DNA of 64,000 nucleotides from Oligoflexia bacterium (GTDB lineage Bacteria; Bdellovibrionota; UBA1018): NCBI GenBank assembly GCA_963758495.1, contig CAVWVI010000005.1, positions 29,960 to 93,959 of the forward strand, read 5' to 3'. Shown piece by piece: positions 63,906 to 64,000 of this stretch (position 1 is its first letter; each line of letters starts with the position of its first letter). The notes under the pieces were generated by a model. It saw only the letters and a program-made list of their open reading frames with translations, ran no database searches and was not told where the DNA came from. The position numbers and the translations under genes were made by a program.

Positions 63906-64000
63906 ATGAAAATTTCCTTAAGAAAAAGATTCGGTATTTTATGGGGTTTTATCTCAGTTCTATTGATTACAGTCTCCATTTTTTCTTATTTCAATAGCAG
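63906..64000 (+). CDS. 5' end of a membrane/secreted protein gene (truncated by window end)
   Basis: ATG at 63906. MKISLRKRFGILWGFISVLLITVSIFSYFNS is a hydrophobic N-terminus. Confidence 0.2.
   Translation, partial: MKISLRKRFGILWGFISVLLITVSIFSYFNS

Noticed and set aside
1-64000. CRISPR arrays, integrons or prophage blocks
   Set aside because: No regularly spaced direct repeats with unique spacers, no cas, integrase or terminase-like ORFs were seen. The only tandem repeats are the 13-bp array at 9380-9431 and the 12-bp coding repeat in rplS.

Overview
This 64-kb window looks like a Gram-negative chromosome. Most of it is housekeeping genes: scoB (3' end), ggt, pyrE, nadB, alr, holA, rpsT, a rpsP-KH-trmD-rplS-rnhB-yraN block, rsmI, accD, lptD/lptE, surE, hemH, greB, uppP, a tonB-exbBD module next to a TonB-dependent receptor, and one tRNA-Arg(CCT). 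Two regions look accessory.

(1) Positions 11.4-21.7 kb form an island. Two paralogous, AT-rich genes sit about 7 kb apart. Each encodes a signal-peptide-bearing ankyrin-repeat N-terminus fused to a ClpA-like double AAA+ ATPase. The ATPase halves are nearly identical; the ankyrin halves have diverged. Between them lie secreted-protein and lipoprotein genes and an IS1595-like element. A 62-bp duplicate of the holA 3' end lies inside the island. A 132-bp palindromic element that resembles a miniature inverted-repeat transposable element (MITE) sits at its edge.

(2) Positions 34.4-37.0 kb hold one AT-rich gene for an 866-aa signal-peptide protein. It fuses a Siw14/PFA-DSP-like phosphatase domain to a PI3K/PI4K-like lipid-kinase domain. 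The Cys-x5-Arg phosphatase loop has Lys where the arginine should be. This is the strongest candidate in the window for an undescribed host-phosphoinositide-manipulating effector.

Also present are a four-gene alpha-glucan cluster (GDE-like, GT4, GH57, GH15), a HiPIP gene, and an orphan MlaF-like ATPase.

All calls come from reading the translated ORFs and the DNA by eye. No database search was possible, so family assignments rest on recognised motifs.
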